Source: Ranitomeya imitator
Taxonomy: Eukaryota
DNA length: 64,000 nt
Reading direction: 5' to 3'
Assembly (NCBI RefSeq): GCF_032444005.1
Contig: NC_091282.1
Coordinates: 1,228,592,001 to 1,228,656,000 of the forward strand
The notes under the pieces: model-generated
Seen by the model: only the letters and a program-made list of their open reading frames with translations
Database searches by the model: none
What the model was told of the DNA's origin: nothing
Translations under genes and position numbers: made by a program
Shown: positions 23,886 to 36,676 of the stretch, in pieces
Position numbering within the stretch: position 1 is the stretch's first letter
How the letters are laid out: each line of letters starts with the position of its first letter

Positions 23886-26800
23886 GTACTGTAAGTGTCT
23901 TCTCCCATTTCTGGCGCCGCTGTCAAAGTTAAACCGTTGTAGAAACATTTTGTTAAACAATAAGGTATCAGAAGTCAAAGCCTAGCCAAGCAGATGTGGA
24001 GAGGATGGATTCAATTTCAGGTTAGAAGGACACTCAAGCATCAGTCCTCCTCTTCCTCTGATTTCTCTTCCCAAAGTCCTCTTCTTCCTCTTGTGTCTCT
24101 TCCTGCAGTCCTCCTCTTCCTCTGATTTCTCTTCCCAAAGTCCTCTTCTTCCTCTTGTTTCTCTTCCTGCAGTCCTCTTCTTCCTCTGATTTCTCTTCCT
24201 TCAGTCCTCTTTTTCCCTCTTATTTCTCTCCCGGCAGTCCTCTTCTTCCTCTGATTTCTTTTCCTGCAGTCCTCTTCTTCCTCTTGTTTCTCTTCCTGCA
24301 GTCCTCGTCTTCCTCTGATTTCTCTTCCTGCAGTCCCCCTCTTCCTCTGTTTTCTCTTCCTGCAGTCCTCTTCTTCCACTGATTTCTCTTCCTGCCGTCC
24401 CCCTCTTCCTCTGATTTCTTTCCCTGCAGTCCTCTTCTTCCTTTGTTTTCTATTCCTGCAGTCCTCTTCTTCCTCTGATTTCTCTTCCTGCCGTCCTCTT
24501 CTTCCTCTGATTTTTTTTCCTGCAATCCTCTTCTTCCTCTTGTTTCTCTTCCTGCAGTCCTCTTCTTCCTCTTGTTTCTCTCCCTACAGTCCTCTTCTTC
24601 CTCTTGTTTCTCTTCCTGCAGCCCTCTTCTTCCTCTGATTTCTCTTCCCAAAGTCCTCTTCTTCCTCTTATTTCTCTCCCTGCAGTCCTCTTCTTCCTCT
24701 TGTTTCTCTTCCTGCAGTCTTCTTCTTCCTCTAGTTTCTCTTCCTGCAGTCCCCTTCTTTATCTGATATCTCTTCCTGCAGTCCTCTTCTTCCTCTGTTT
24801 TCTCTTCCCGCAGTCCTCTTCTTCCTCTTATTTCTCTCCCTGCAGTCCTCTTCTTCCTCTGATTTCTTTTCCTCCTGTCCTCTTCTTCCTCTGATTTCTC
24901 TTCCTGCAGTCCTCTTCTTCCTCTGATTTCTCTTCCTGCAGTCCTCTTCTTCCTCTGATTTCGTTTCCTGCAGTCCTCCTCTTCCTCTGATTTTGTTTCC
25001 TGCAGTCCTCTTCTGCCTCTGATTTCGTTTCCTGCAGTCCTCTTCTTCCTCTTATTTCTCTCCCTGCAGTCCTCTTCTTCCTCTGATTTCTTTTCCTCCT
25101 GTCCTCTTCTTCCTCTGATTTCTCTTCCTGCAGCCCTCCTCTTCCTCTGATTTCTTTTCCTGCAGTCCTCTTCTTCCTCTGATTTGTCTCCCTGAAGTCC
25201 TCTTCTTCCTCTTATTTCTCTCCCTGCAGTCCTCTTCTTCCTCTTGTTTCTCTTCCTGCAGTTCTCCTCTTCCTCTAATTTCTTTTCCTGCAGTCCTCTT
25301 CTTCCTCTTATTTCTCTCCCTGCAGCCCTCTTCTTCCTCTGATTTCTCTTCCTGCAGTCTTCTTTTTCCTTTTGTTTCTCTTCCTGCAGTCCTCCTCTTC
25401 CTCTGATTTTTTTTCCTGCAGTCCTCCTCTTCCTCTGATTTCTATTCCTGCAGTCCTCTTCTTCCTCTGATTTCTCTTCCTGCAGTCCTGTTCTTCCTCT
25501 TGTTTCTCTTCCTGCAGTCCTCTTCTTCCTCTGATTTCTCTTCCTGCATTCCCCCTCTTCCTCTGATTTCTGTTACTGCAGTCCTCCTCTTCCTCTGATT
25601 TATTTTCCTGCAGTCCTCCTCTTCCTCTGATTTATTTTCCTGCAGTCCTCTTCTTTCTCTTATTTCTTTTCCTGCAGTCCTCTTCTTCATCTGATTTCTC
25701 TTCCTGCAGTCCTATTCTTCCTCTTGTTTCTCTTCCTGCAGTCCTCTTCTTCCTCTGATTTCTCTTCCTGCAGTCCCCCTCTTCCTCTGATTTCTCTTCC
25801 TGCAGTCCCCGTCTTCCTCTGATTTCTTTTCATGCAGCCCTCTTCTTCCTCGTGTTTCTCTTCCTGCAGTCCTCTTCTTCCTCTGATTTCTTTTCCTGCA
25901 GTCTTCTTCTTCCTCTGATTTCTCTTCCTGTAGCCCTCCTCTTCCTCTGATTTCACTTCCTGCAGTCCTCTTCTTCCTCTTATTTCTCTCCCTGCAGTCC
26001 TCTTCTTCCTCTTATTTCTCTTCCTGCAGTCCTTTTCTTCCTCTTGTTTCTCTTCCTGCAGTTCTCCTCTTCCTCTGATTTCTTTTCCTGCAGTCCTCTT
26101 CTTCCTCTTATTTCTCTCCCTGCAGCCCTCTTCTTCCTCTGATTTCTCTTCCTGCAGTCCTCTTTTTCCTTTTGTTTCTCATCCTGCAGTCCTCCTCTTC
26201 CTCTGATTTCTTTTCCTGCAGTCCTCCTCTTCCTCTGATTTCTTTTCCTGCAGTCCTCTTCTTTCTCTTATTTCTTTTACTGCAGTCCTCTTCTTCCTCT
26301 GATTTCTTTTCCTGCAGTCCTCTTCTTCCTCTTGTTTCTCTTCCTGCAGTCCTCTTCTTCCTCTGATATCTCTTCCTGCAGTCCCCCTCTTCCTCTGATT
26401 TCTCTTCCTGCAGTCCCCCTCTTCCTCTGATTTCTTTTCATGCAGTCCTCTTCTTCCTCTTGTTTCTCTTCCTGCAGTCCTCTTCTTCCTCTGATTTCTC
26501 TTCCTGCAGTCCCCCTCTTCCTCTGTTTTCTCTTCCTGCAGCCCTCTTCTTCCTCTTATTTCTCTTCCTGCAGTCCTCTTTTTCCTATAATTTCTCTCCC
26601 TGCAGTCCTCTTCTTCCTCTTGTTTCTCTTCCTGCAGTCTTCTTCTTCCTCTTGTTTCTCTTCCTGCAGTCCTCTTCTTCATCTGATATCTCTTCCTGCA
26701 GTCCTCTTCTTCCTCTGATTTCTCTTCCCGCTGTCCTCTTCTTCCTCTGATTTCTCTCCCTGCAGTCCTCTTCTTCCTCTGATTTCTTTTCCTCCTGTCC

Positions 26801-27309
26801 TCTTCTTCCTCTGATTTCTCTTCCTGCAGTCCTCTTCTTCCTCTGATTTCGTTTCCTGCAGTCCTCCTCTTCCTCTGATTTTGTTTCCTGCAGTCCTCTT
26901 CTTCCTCTGATTTCGTTTCCTGCAGTCCTTTTCTTCCTCTGATTTCTCTTCCTGCAGTCCTCTTCTTCCTCTGATTTCTCTTCCTGCAGTCCTCTTCTTC
27001 CTCTGATTTCGTTTCCTGCAGTCCTCCTCTTCCTCTGATTTTTTCCTGCAGTCCTCTTCTTCCTCTGATTTCGTTTCCTGCAGTCCTCTTCTTCCTCTGA
27101 TTTCTCTTCCTGCAGTCCTCTTCTTCCTCTGATTTCTCTTCCTGCAGTCCTCCTCTTCCTCTGATTTCTTTTCCTGCAGTCTTCAACTAGCTTAATTGTT
27201 CACAATAATAGTAATTTTGATCAAGGATGACAAAACTTTTACATGCCACCCTATCTATCTGTCCATTTTTCAACATCTTTCTTTTATCACTTTGATATTT
27301 CACATTTAG

Positions 27310-27387
27310 TACTAATGCCACCACAACCTCCTACAAGTCCAATGTTACAGAAGACACGGATTTCATAAATATGAGAAGTATCACTAG
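27310..27387 (+). CDS. Candidate 78-nt phase 2-2 exon, copy 3 (Ser/Thr-rich, mucin-like)
   Basis: Pyrimidine-rich tract + TTTAG acceptor. Encodes (S)TNATTTSYKSNVTEDTDFINMRSIT. Donor AG|GTACTG, with a second donor GTAAGT 5 nt downstream. Confidence 0.45.
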
Positions 27388-30300
27388 GTACTGTAAGTGT
27401 CTTCTCCCATTTCTGGCGCCGCTGTCAAAGTTAAACCATTGTAGAAACATTTTGTTAAACAATGAGGTATCAGAAGTCAAAGCCTAGCCAAGCAGATGTG
27501 GAGAGGATGGATTCAATTTCAGGTTAGAAGGACACTCAAGCATCAGTCCTCCTCTTCCTCTGATTTCTCTTCCCAAAGTCCTCTTCTTCCTCTTGTGTCT
27601 CTTCCTGCAGTCCTCCTCTTCCTCTGATTTCTCTTCCCAAAGTCCTCTTCTTCCTCTTGTTTCTCTTCCTGCAGTCCTCTTCTTCCTCTGATTTCTCTTC
27701 CTTCCGTCCTCTTTTTCCCTCTTATTTCTCTCCCGGCAGTCCTCTTCTTCCTCTGATTTCTTTTCCTGCAGTCCTCTTCTTCCTCTTGTTTCTCTTCCTG
27801 CAGTCCTCGTCTTCCTCTGATTTCTCTTCCTGCAGTCCCCCTCTTCCTCTGTTTTCTCTTCCTGCAGTCCTCTTCTTCCTCTGATTTCTCTTCCTGCCGT
27901 CCCCCTCTTCCTCTGATTTCTTTCCCTGCAGTCCTCTTCTTCCTTTGTTTTCTATTCCTGCAGTCCTCTTCTTCCTCTGATTTCTCTTCCTGCCGTCCTC
28001 TTCTTCCTCTGATTTTTTTTCCTGCAATCCTCTTCTTCCTCTTGTTTCTCTTCCTGCAGTCCTCTTCTTCCTCTTGTTTCTCTCCCTGCAGTCCTCTTCT
28101 TCCTCTTGTTTCTCTTCCTGCAGCCCTCTTCTTCCTCTGATTTCTCTTCCCAAAGTCCTCTTCTTCCTCTTATTTCTCTCCCTGCAGTCCTCTTCTTCCT
28201 CTTGTTTCTCTTCCTGCAGTCTTCTTCTTCCTCTAGTTTCTCTTCCTGCAGTCCCCTTCTTCATCTGATATCTCTTCCTGCAGCCTCTTCTTCCTCTGTT
28301 TTCTCTTCCCGCAGTCCTCTTCTTCCTCTTATTTCTCTCCCTGCAGTCCTCTTCTTCCTCTGATTTCTTTTCCTCCTGTCCTCTTCTTCCTCTGATTTCT
28401 CTTCCTGCAGTCCTCTTCTTCCTCTGATTTCGTTTCCTGCAGTCCTCCTCTTCCTCTGATTTTGTTTCCTGCAGTCCTCTTCTGCCTCTGATTTAGTTTC
28501 CTGCAGTCCTCTTCTTCCTCTTATTTCTCTCCCTGCAGTCCTCTTCTTCCTCTGATTTCTTTTCCTCCTGTCCTCTTCTTCCTCTGATTTCTCTTCCTGC
28601 AGCCCTCCTCTTCCTCTGATTTCTTTTCCTGCAGTCCTCTTCTTCCTCTGATTTGTCTCCCTGAAGTCCTCTTCTTCCTCTTATTTCTCTCCCTGCAGTC
28701 CTCTTCTTCCTCTTGTTTCTCTTCCTGCAGTTCTCCTCTTCCTCTGATTTCTTTTCCTGCAGTCCTCTTCTTCCTCTTATTTCTCTCCCTGCAGCCCTCT
28801 TCTTCCTCTGATTTCTCTTCCTGCAGTCCTCTTTTTCCTTTTGTTTCTCTTCCTGCAGTCCTCCTCTTCCTCTGATTTCTTTTCCTGCAGTCCTCCTCTT
28901 CCTCTGATTTCTATTCCTGCAGTCCTCTTCTTCCTCTGATTTCTCTTCCTGCAGTCCTGTTCTTCCTCTTGTTTCTCTTCCTGCAGTCCTCTTCTTCCTC
29001 TGATTTCTCTTCCTGCATTCCCCCTCTTCCTCTGATTTCTGTTACTGCAGTCCTCCTCTTCCTCTGATTTATTTTCCTGCAGTCCTCCTCTTCCTCTGAT
29101 TTATTTTCCTGCAGTCCTCTTCTTTCTCTTATTTCTTTTCCTGCAGTCCTCTTCTTCATCTGATTTCTCTTCCTGCAGTCCTATTCTTCCTCTTGTTTCT
29201 CTTCCTGCAGTCCTCTTCTTCCTCTGATTTCTCTTCCTGCAGTCCCTCTCTTCCTCTGATTTCTCTTCCTGCAGTCCCCGTCTTCCTCTGATTTCTTTTC
29301 ATGCAGCCCTCTTCTTCCTCGTGTTTCTCTTCCTGCAGTCCTATTCTTCCTCTGATTTCTTTTCCTGCAGTCTTCTTCTTCCTCTGATTTCTCTTCCTGT
29401 AGCCCTCCTCTTCCTCTGATTTCACTTCCTGCAGTCCTCTTCTTCCTCTTATTTCTCTCCCTGCAGTCCTCTTCTTCCTCTTATTTCTCTTCCTGCAGTC
29501 CTCTTCTTCCTCTTGTTTCTCTTCCTGCAGTTCTCCTCTTCCTCTGATTTCTTTTCCTGCAGTCCTCTTCTTCCTCTTATTTCTCTCCCTGCAGCCCTCT
29601 TCTTCCTCTGATTTCTCTTCCTGCAGTCCTCTTTTTCCTTTTGTTTCTCTTCCTGCAGTCCTCCTCTTCCTCTGATTTCTTTTCCTGCAGTCCTCCTCTT
29701 CCTCTGATTTCTTTTCCTGCAGTCCTCTTCTTTCTCTTATTTCTTTTACTGCAGTCCTCTTCTTCCTCTGATTTCTTTTCCTGCAGTCCTCTTCTTCCTC
29801 TTGTTTCTCTTCCTGCAGTCCTCTTCTTCCTCTGATATCTCTTCCTGCAGTCCCCCTCTTCCTCTGATTTCTCTTCCTGCAGTCCCCCTCTTCCTCTGAT
29901 TTCTTTTCATGCAGTCCTCTTCTTCCTCTTGTTTCTCTTCCTGCAGTCCTCTTCTTCCTCTGATTTCTCTTCCTGCAGTCCCCCTCTTCCTCTGTTTTCT
30001 CTTCCTGCAGTCCTCTTCTTCCTCTGATTTCTCTTCCTGCAGTCCTCCTCTTCCTCTGATTTCTTTTCCTGCAGTCCTCTTCTTCCTCTTGTTTCTCTTC
30101 CTGCAGTCCTCTTCTTCATCTGATTTCTCTTCCTGCAGTCCTCTTCTTTTTCTTATTTCTTTTCCTGCCGTCCTCTTCTTCCTCTGATTTCTCTTCCTGC
30201 AGTCCTCTTCTTCCTCTCATTTTTCTTGCTGCAGTCCCCCTCTTCCTCTTGTTTCTCTTCCTGCAGTCCTCTCCTTCCTCTGATTTCTCTTCCTGCCGTC

Positions 30301-32030
30301 CCCCTCTTCCTCTGATTTCTTTCCCTGCAGTCCTCTTCTTCCTCTGATTTCTCTTCCTTCAGTCCTATTTTTTCCCTCTTATTTCTCTCCCGGCAGTCCT
30401 CTTCTTCCTCTGATTTCTTTTCCTGCAGTCCTCTTCTTCCTCTTGTTTCTCTTCCTGCAGTCCTCTTCTTCCTCTGATTTCTCTTCCTGCAGTCCCCCTC
30501 TTCCTCTGTTTTCTCTTCCTGCAGTCCTCTTCTTCCTCTGATTTCTCTTCCTGCCGTCCCCCTCTTCCTCTGATTTCTTTCCCTGCAGTCCTCTTCTTCC
30601 TCTTTTTTCTCTTCCTGCAGTCCTCTTCTTCCTCTGATTTCTCTTCCTGCCGTCTTCTTCTTTTTCTGATTTCTTTTCCTGCAGTCCTCTTCTTCCTCTT
30701 GTTTCTCTTCCTGCAGTCCTCTTCTTCCTCTTGTTTCTCTACCTGCAGTCCTCTTCTTCCTCTTGTTTCTCTTCCTGCAGCCCTCTTCTTCCTCTTATTT
30801 CTCTTCCTGCAGTCCTCTTCTTCCTCTTATTTCTCTCCCTGCAGTCCTCTTCTTCCTCTTGTTTCTCTTCCTGCAGTCCTCTTCTTCCTCTTGTTTCTCT
30901 TCATGCAGTCCTCTTCCTCCTCTGATTTCTCTTCCTGCCGTCCCCCTCTTCCTCTGATTTCTTTCCCTGCAGTCCTCTTCTTCCTCTTTTTTCTCTTCCT
31001 GCAGTCCTCTTCTTCCTCTGATTTCTCTTCCTGCCGTCTTCTTCTTTTTCTGATTTCTTTTCCTGCAGTCCTCTTCTTCCTCTTGTTTCTCTTCCTGCAG
31101 TCCTCTTCTTCCTCTTGTTTCTCTACCTGCAGTCCTCTTCTTCCTCTTGTTTCTCTTCCTGCAGCCCTCTTCTTCCTCTTATTTCTCTTCCTGCAGTCCT
31201 CTTCTTCCTCTTATTTCTCTCCCTGCAGTCCTCTTCTTCCTCTTGTTTCTCTTCCTGCAGTCCTCTTCTTCCTCTTGTTTCTCTTCATGCAGTCCTCTTC
31301 CTCCTCTGATTTCTCTTCCTGCAGTCCTCTTCTTCCTCTTGTGTCTCTTCCTGCAGTCCTCCTCTTCCTCTAATTTGTCTTCCCAAAGTCCTCTTCTTCC
31401 TCTTGTGTCTCTTCCTGCAGTCCTCCTCTTCCTCTGATTTCTCTTCCCAAAGTCCTCTTCTTCCTCTTATTTCTCTCCCTGCAGTCCTCTTCTTCCTCTT
31501 GTTTCTCTTCCTGCAGTCTTCTTCTTCCTCTTGTTTCTCTTCCTGCAGTCCTCTTCTTCATCTGATATCTCTTCCTGCAGTCCTCTTCTTCCTCTGATTT
31601 CTCTTCCCGCAGTCCTCTTCTTCCTCTTATTTCTCTCCCTGCAGTCCTCTTCTTCCTCTGATTTCTTTTCCTCCTGTCCTCTTCTTCCTCTGATTTCTCT
31701 TCCTGCAGTCCTCTTCTTCCTCTGATTTCGTTTCCTGCAGTCCTCCTCTTCCTCTGATTTTGTTTCCTGCAGTCCTCTTCTTCCTCTGATTTCGTTTCCT
31801 GCAGTCCTCTTCTTCCTCTGATTTCTCTTCCTGCAGTCCTCTTCTTCCTCTGATTTCTCTTCCTGCAGTCCTCCTCTTCCTCTGATCTCTTTTCCTGCAG
31901 TCTTCAACTAGCTTAATTGTTCACAATAATAGTAATTTTGATCAAGGATGACAAAACTTTTACATGCCACTCCCTCTATCTGTCCATTTTTCTACATCTT
32001 TCTTTTATCACTTTGATATTTCACATTTAG

Positions 32031-32108
32031 TACTAATGCCACCACAACCTCCTACAAGTCCAATGTTACAGAAGACACTGATTTCATAAATATGAGAAGT
32101 ATCACTAG
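32031..32108 (+). CDS. Candidate repeated exon, copy 4
   Basis: Open frame; synonymous ACG>ACT relative to copy 3. Confidence 0.45.
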
Positions 32109-34918
32109 GTACTGTAAGTGTCTTCTCCCATTTCTGGCGCCGCTGTCAAAGTTAAACCGTTGTAGAAACATTTTGTTAAACAATGAGGTATCAGAAGTCA
32201 AAGCCTAGCCAAGCAGATGTGGAGAGGATGGATTCAATTTCAGGTTAGAAGGACACTCAAGCATCAGTCCTCCTCTTCCTCTGATTTCTCTTCCCAAAGT
32301 CCTCTTCTTCCTCTTGTGTCTCTTCCTGCAGTCCTCCTCTTCCTCTGATTTCTCTTCCCAAAGTCCTCTTCTTCCTCTTGTTTCTCTTCCTGCAGTCCTC
32401 TTCTTCCTCTTGTTTCTCTTCCTGCAGTCCTCTTCTTCCTCTGATTTCTCTTCCTGCAGTCCCCCTCTTCCTCTTGTTTCTCTTCCTGCAGTGCTCTTCT
32501 TCCTCTGATTTCTCTTCCTTCAATCCTCTTTTTCCCTCTTATTTCTCTCCCGGCAGTCCTCTTCTTCCTCTGATTTCTTTTCCTGCAGTCCTCTTCTTCC
32601 TCTTGTTTCTCTTCCTGCAGTCCTCTTCTTCCTCTGATTTCTCTTCCTGCAGTCCCCCTCTTCCTCTGTTTTCTCTTCCTGCAGTCCTCTTCTTCCTCTG
32701 ATTTCTCTTCCTGCCGTCCTCTTCTTCCTCTGATTTCTTTTCCTGCAGTCCTCTTCTTCCTCTTTTTTCTCTTCCTGCAGTCCTCTTCTTCCTCTTGTTT
32801 CTCTCCCTGCAGTCCTCTTCTTCCTCTTGTTTCTCTTCCTGCAGCCCTCTTCTTCCTCTTATTTCTCTTCCTGCAGTACTCTTCTTCCTCTTATTTCTCT
32901 CCCTGCAGTCCTCTTCTTCCTCTTGTTTCTCTTCCTGCAGTCCTCTTCTTCCTCTTGTTTCTCTTCCTGCAGTCCTTTTCTTCCTCGGATTTCTCTCCCT
33001 GCAGTCCTCTTCTTCCTCTTGTTTCTCTTCCTGCAGTCCTCTTCCTCCTCTGATTTCTCTTCCTGCAGTCCTCTTCATCCTCTTGTGTCTCCTCCTGCAG
33101 TCCTCCTCTTCCTCTGATTTCTCTTCCCAAAGTCCTCTTCTTCCTCTCCCTGCAGTCCTCTTCTTCCTCTTGTTTCTCTTCCTGCAGTCTTCTTCTTCCT
33201 CTTGTTTCTCTTCCTGCAGTCCCCTTCTTCATCTGATATCTCTTCCTGCAGTCCTCTTCTTCCTCTGTTTTCTCTTCCTGCAGTCCTCTTCTTCCTCTGA
33301 TTTATTTTCCTCCTGTCCTCTTCTTCCTCTGATTTCTCTTCCTGCAGTCCTCTTCTTCCTCTGATTTCGTTTCCTGCAGTCCTCCTTTTCCTCTGATTTT
33401 GTTTCCTGCAGTCCTCTTCTTCCTCTGATTTCGTTTCCTGCAGTCCTCTTCTTACTCTGATTTCTCTTCCTGCAGTCCTCTTCTTCCCTCTTATTTCTCT
33501 CCCGGCAGTCCTCTTCTTCCTCTGATTTCTTTTCCTGCAGTCCTCTTCTTCCTCTTGTTTCTCTTCCTGCAGTCCTCTTCTTCCTCTGATTTCTCTTCCT
33601 GCAGTCCCCCTCTTTCTCTGTTTTCTCTTCCTGCAGTCCTCTTCTTCCTCTGATTTCTCTTCCTGCCGTCCCCCTCTTCCTCTGATTTCTTTCCCTGCAG
33701 TCCTCTTCTTCCTCTTGTTTCTCTTCCTGCAGTCCTCTTCTTCCTCTGATTTCTCTTCCTGCAGTCCCCCTCTTCCTCTGTTTTCTCTTCCTGCAGTCGT
33801 CTTCTTCCTCTGATTTCTCTTCCTGCCATCCCCCTCTTCCTCTGATTTCTTTCCCTGCAGTCCTCTTCTTCCTCTGTTTTCTCTTCCTGCAGTCCTCTTC
33901 TTCCTCTGATTTCTCTTCCTGCCGTCCTCCTCTTCCTCTGATTTCTTTTCCTGCAGTCCTCTTCTTCCTCTTGTTTCTCTTCCTGCAGTCCTCTTCTTCC
34001 TCTTGTTTCTCTCCCTGCAGTCCTCTTCTTCCTCTTGTTTCTCTTCCTGCAGCCCTCTTCTTCCTCTTATTTCTCTTCCTGCAGTCCTCTTCTTCCTATT
34101 ATTTCTCTCCCTGCAGTCCTCTTCTTCCTCTTGTTTCTCTTCTTGCAGTCCTCTTCTTCCTCTTGTTTCTCTTCCCAAAGTCCTTTTCTTCCTCGGATTT
34201 CTCTCCCTGCAGTCCTCTTCTTCCTCTTGTTTCTCTTCCTGCAGTCCTCTTCCTCCTCTGATTTCTCTTCCTGCAGTCCTCTTCTTCCTCTTGTGTCTCT
34301 TCCTGCAGTCCTCCTCTTCCTCTGATTTCTCTTCCCAAAGTCCTCTTCTTCCTCTTGTATCTCTTCCTGCAGTCCTCCTCTTCCTCTGATTTCTCTTCCC
34401 AAAGTCCTCTTCTTCCTCTTATTTCTCTCCCTGCAGTCTTCTTCTTCCTCTTGTTTCTCTTCCTGCAGTCTTTTTCTTCCTCTTGTTTCTCTTCCTGCAG
34501 TCCTCTTCTTCATCTGATATCTCTTCCTGCAGTCCACTTCTTCCTCTTATTTCTCTTCCCGCAGTCCTCTTCTTCCTCTGATTTCTCTTCCTGCAGTCCT
34601 CTTCTTCCTCTGATTTAGTTTCCTGCAGTCCTCCTCTTCCTCTGATTTTGTTTCCTGCAGTCCTCTTCTTCCTCTGATTTCGTTTCCTGCAGTCCTCTTC
34701 TTCCTCTGATTTCTCTTCCTGCAGTCCTCTTCTTCCTCTGATTTCTCTTCCTGCAGTCCTCCTCTTTCTCTGATTTCTTTTCCTGCAGTCTTCAACTAGC
34801 TTAATTGTTCACAATAATAGTAATTTTGATCAAGGATGACAAAACTTTTACATGCCACCCTATCTATCTGTCCATTTTTCAACATCTTTCTTTTATCACT
34901 TTGATATTTCACATTTAG

Positions 34919-34996
34919 TACTAATGCCACCACAACCTCCTACAAGTCCAATGTTACAGAAGACATGGATATCATAAATATGAGAAGTATCACTAG
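34919..34996 (+). CDS. Candidate repeated exon, copy 5
   Basis: Open frame; variant ...TEDMDIINMRSIT. Confidence 0.45.
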
Positions 34997-36598
34997 GTAC
35001 TGTAAGTGTCTTCTCCCATTTCTGGCGCCGCTGTCAAAGTTAAACCGTTGTAGAAACATTTTGTTAAACAATGAGGTATCAGAAGTCAAAGCCTAGCCAA
35101 GCAGATGTGGAGAGGATGGATTCAATTTCAGGTTAGAAGGACACTCAAGCATCAGTCCTCCTCTTCCTCTGATTTCTCTTCCCAAAGTCCTCTTCTTCCT
35201 CTTGTGTCTCTTCCTGCAGTCCTCCTCTTCCTATGATTTCTCTTCCCAAAGTCCTCTTCTTCCTCTTGTTTCTCTTCCTGCAGTCCTCTTCTTCCTCTGA
35301 TTTCTCTTCCTGCAGTCCCCCTCTTCCTCTTGTTTCTCTTCCTGCAGTCCTCTTCTTCCTCTGATTTCTCTTCCTTCAGTCCTCTTTTTCCCTCTTATTT
35401 CTCTCCCGTCAGTCCTCTTCTTCCTCTGATTTCTTTTCCTGCAGTCCCCCTCTTCCTCTGTTTTCTCTTCCTGCAGTCCTCTTCTTCCTCTGATTTCTCT
35501 TCCTGCCGTACCCCTCTTCCTCTGATTTCTTTCCCTGCAGTCCTCTTCTTCCTTTGTTTTCTCTTCCTGCAGTCCTCTTCCTCCTCTGATTTCTTTTCCT
35601 GCAGTCCTCTTCTTCCTCTGATTTCTCTTCCTGCCGTCCTCTTCTTCCTCTGATTTCTTTTCCTGCAGTCCTTTTCTTCCTCTTGTTTCTCTTCCTGCAG
35701 TCCTCTTCTTCCTCTTGTTTCTCTCCCTGCAGTCCTCTTCTTCCTCTTGTTTCTCTTCCTGCAGCCCTCTTCTTCCTCTTGTTTCTCTTCCTGCAGCCCT
35801 CTTCTTCCTATTATTTCTCTTCCTGCAGTCCTCTTCTTCCTATTATTTCTCTCCCTGCAGTCCTCTTCTTCCTCTTGTTTCTCTTCCTGCAGCCCTCTTC
35901 TATCTCTTGTTTCTCTTCCTGCAGTCCTTTTCTTCCTCTTGTGTCTCTTCCTGCAGTCCTCCTCTTCCTCTGATTTCTCTTCCCAAAGTCCTCTTCTTCC
36001 TCTTGTGTCTCTTCCTGCAGTCCTCCTCTTCCTCTGATTTCTCTTCCCAAAGTCCTCTTCTTCCTCTTATTTCTCTCCCTGCAGTCCTCTTCTTCCTCTT
36101 GTTTCTCTTCCTGCAGTCTTCTTCTTCCTCTTGTTTCTCTTCCTGCAGTCCTCTTCTTCATCTGATATCTCTTCCTGCAGTCCTCTTCTTCCTCTGATTT
36201 CTCTTCCCGCAGTCCTCTTCTTCCTCTTATTTCTCTCCCTGCAGTCCTCTTCTTCCTCTGATTTCTTTTCCTCCTGTCCTCTTCTTCCTTCGATTTCGTT
36301 TCCTCCAGTCCTCCTCTTCCTCTGATTTTGTTTCCTGCAGTCCTCTTCTTCCTCTGATTTCGTTTCCTGCAGTCCTCTTCTTCCTCTGATTTCTCTTCCT
36401 GCAGTCCTCTTCTTCCTCTGATTTCTCTTCCTGCAGTCCTCCTCTTCCTCTGATTTCTTTTCCTGCAGTCTTCAACTAGCCTATTTGTTCACAATAATAG
36501 TAATTTTGATCAAGGATGACAAAACTTTTACATGCCACTCCCTCTATCTGTCCATTTTTCTACATCTTTCTTTTATCACTTTGATATTTCACATTTAG

Positions 36599-36676
36599 TA
36601 CTAATGCCACCACAACCTCCTACAAGTCCAATGTTACAGAAGACACTGATTTCATAAATATGAGAAGTATCACTAG
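36599..36676 (+). CDS. Candidate repeated exon, copy 6
   Basis: Open frame; same type as copy 4. Confidence 0.45.
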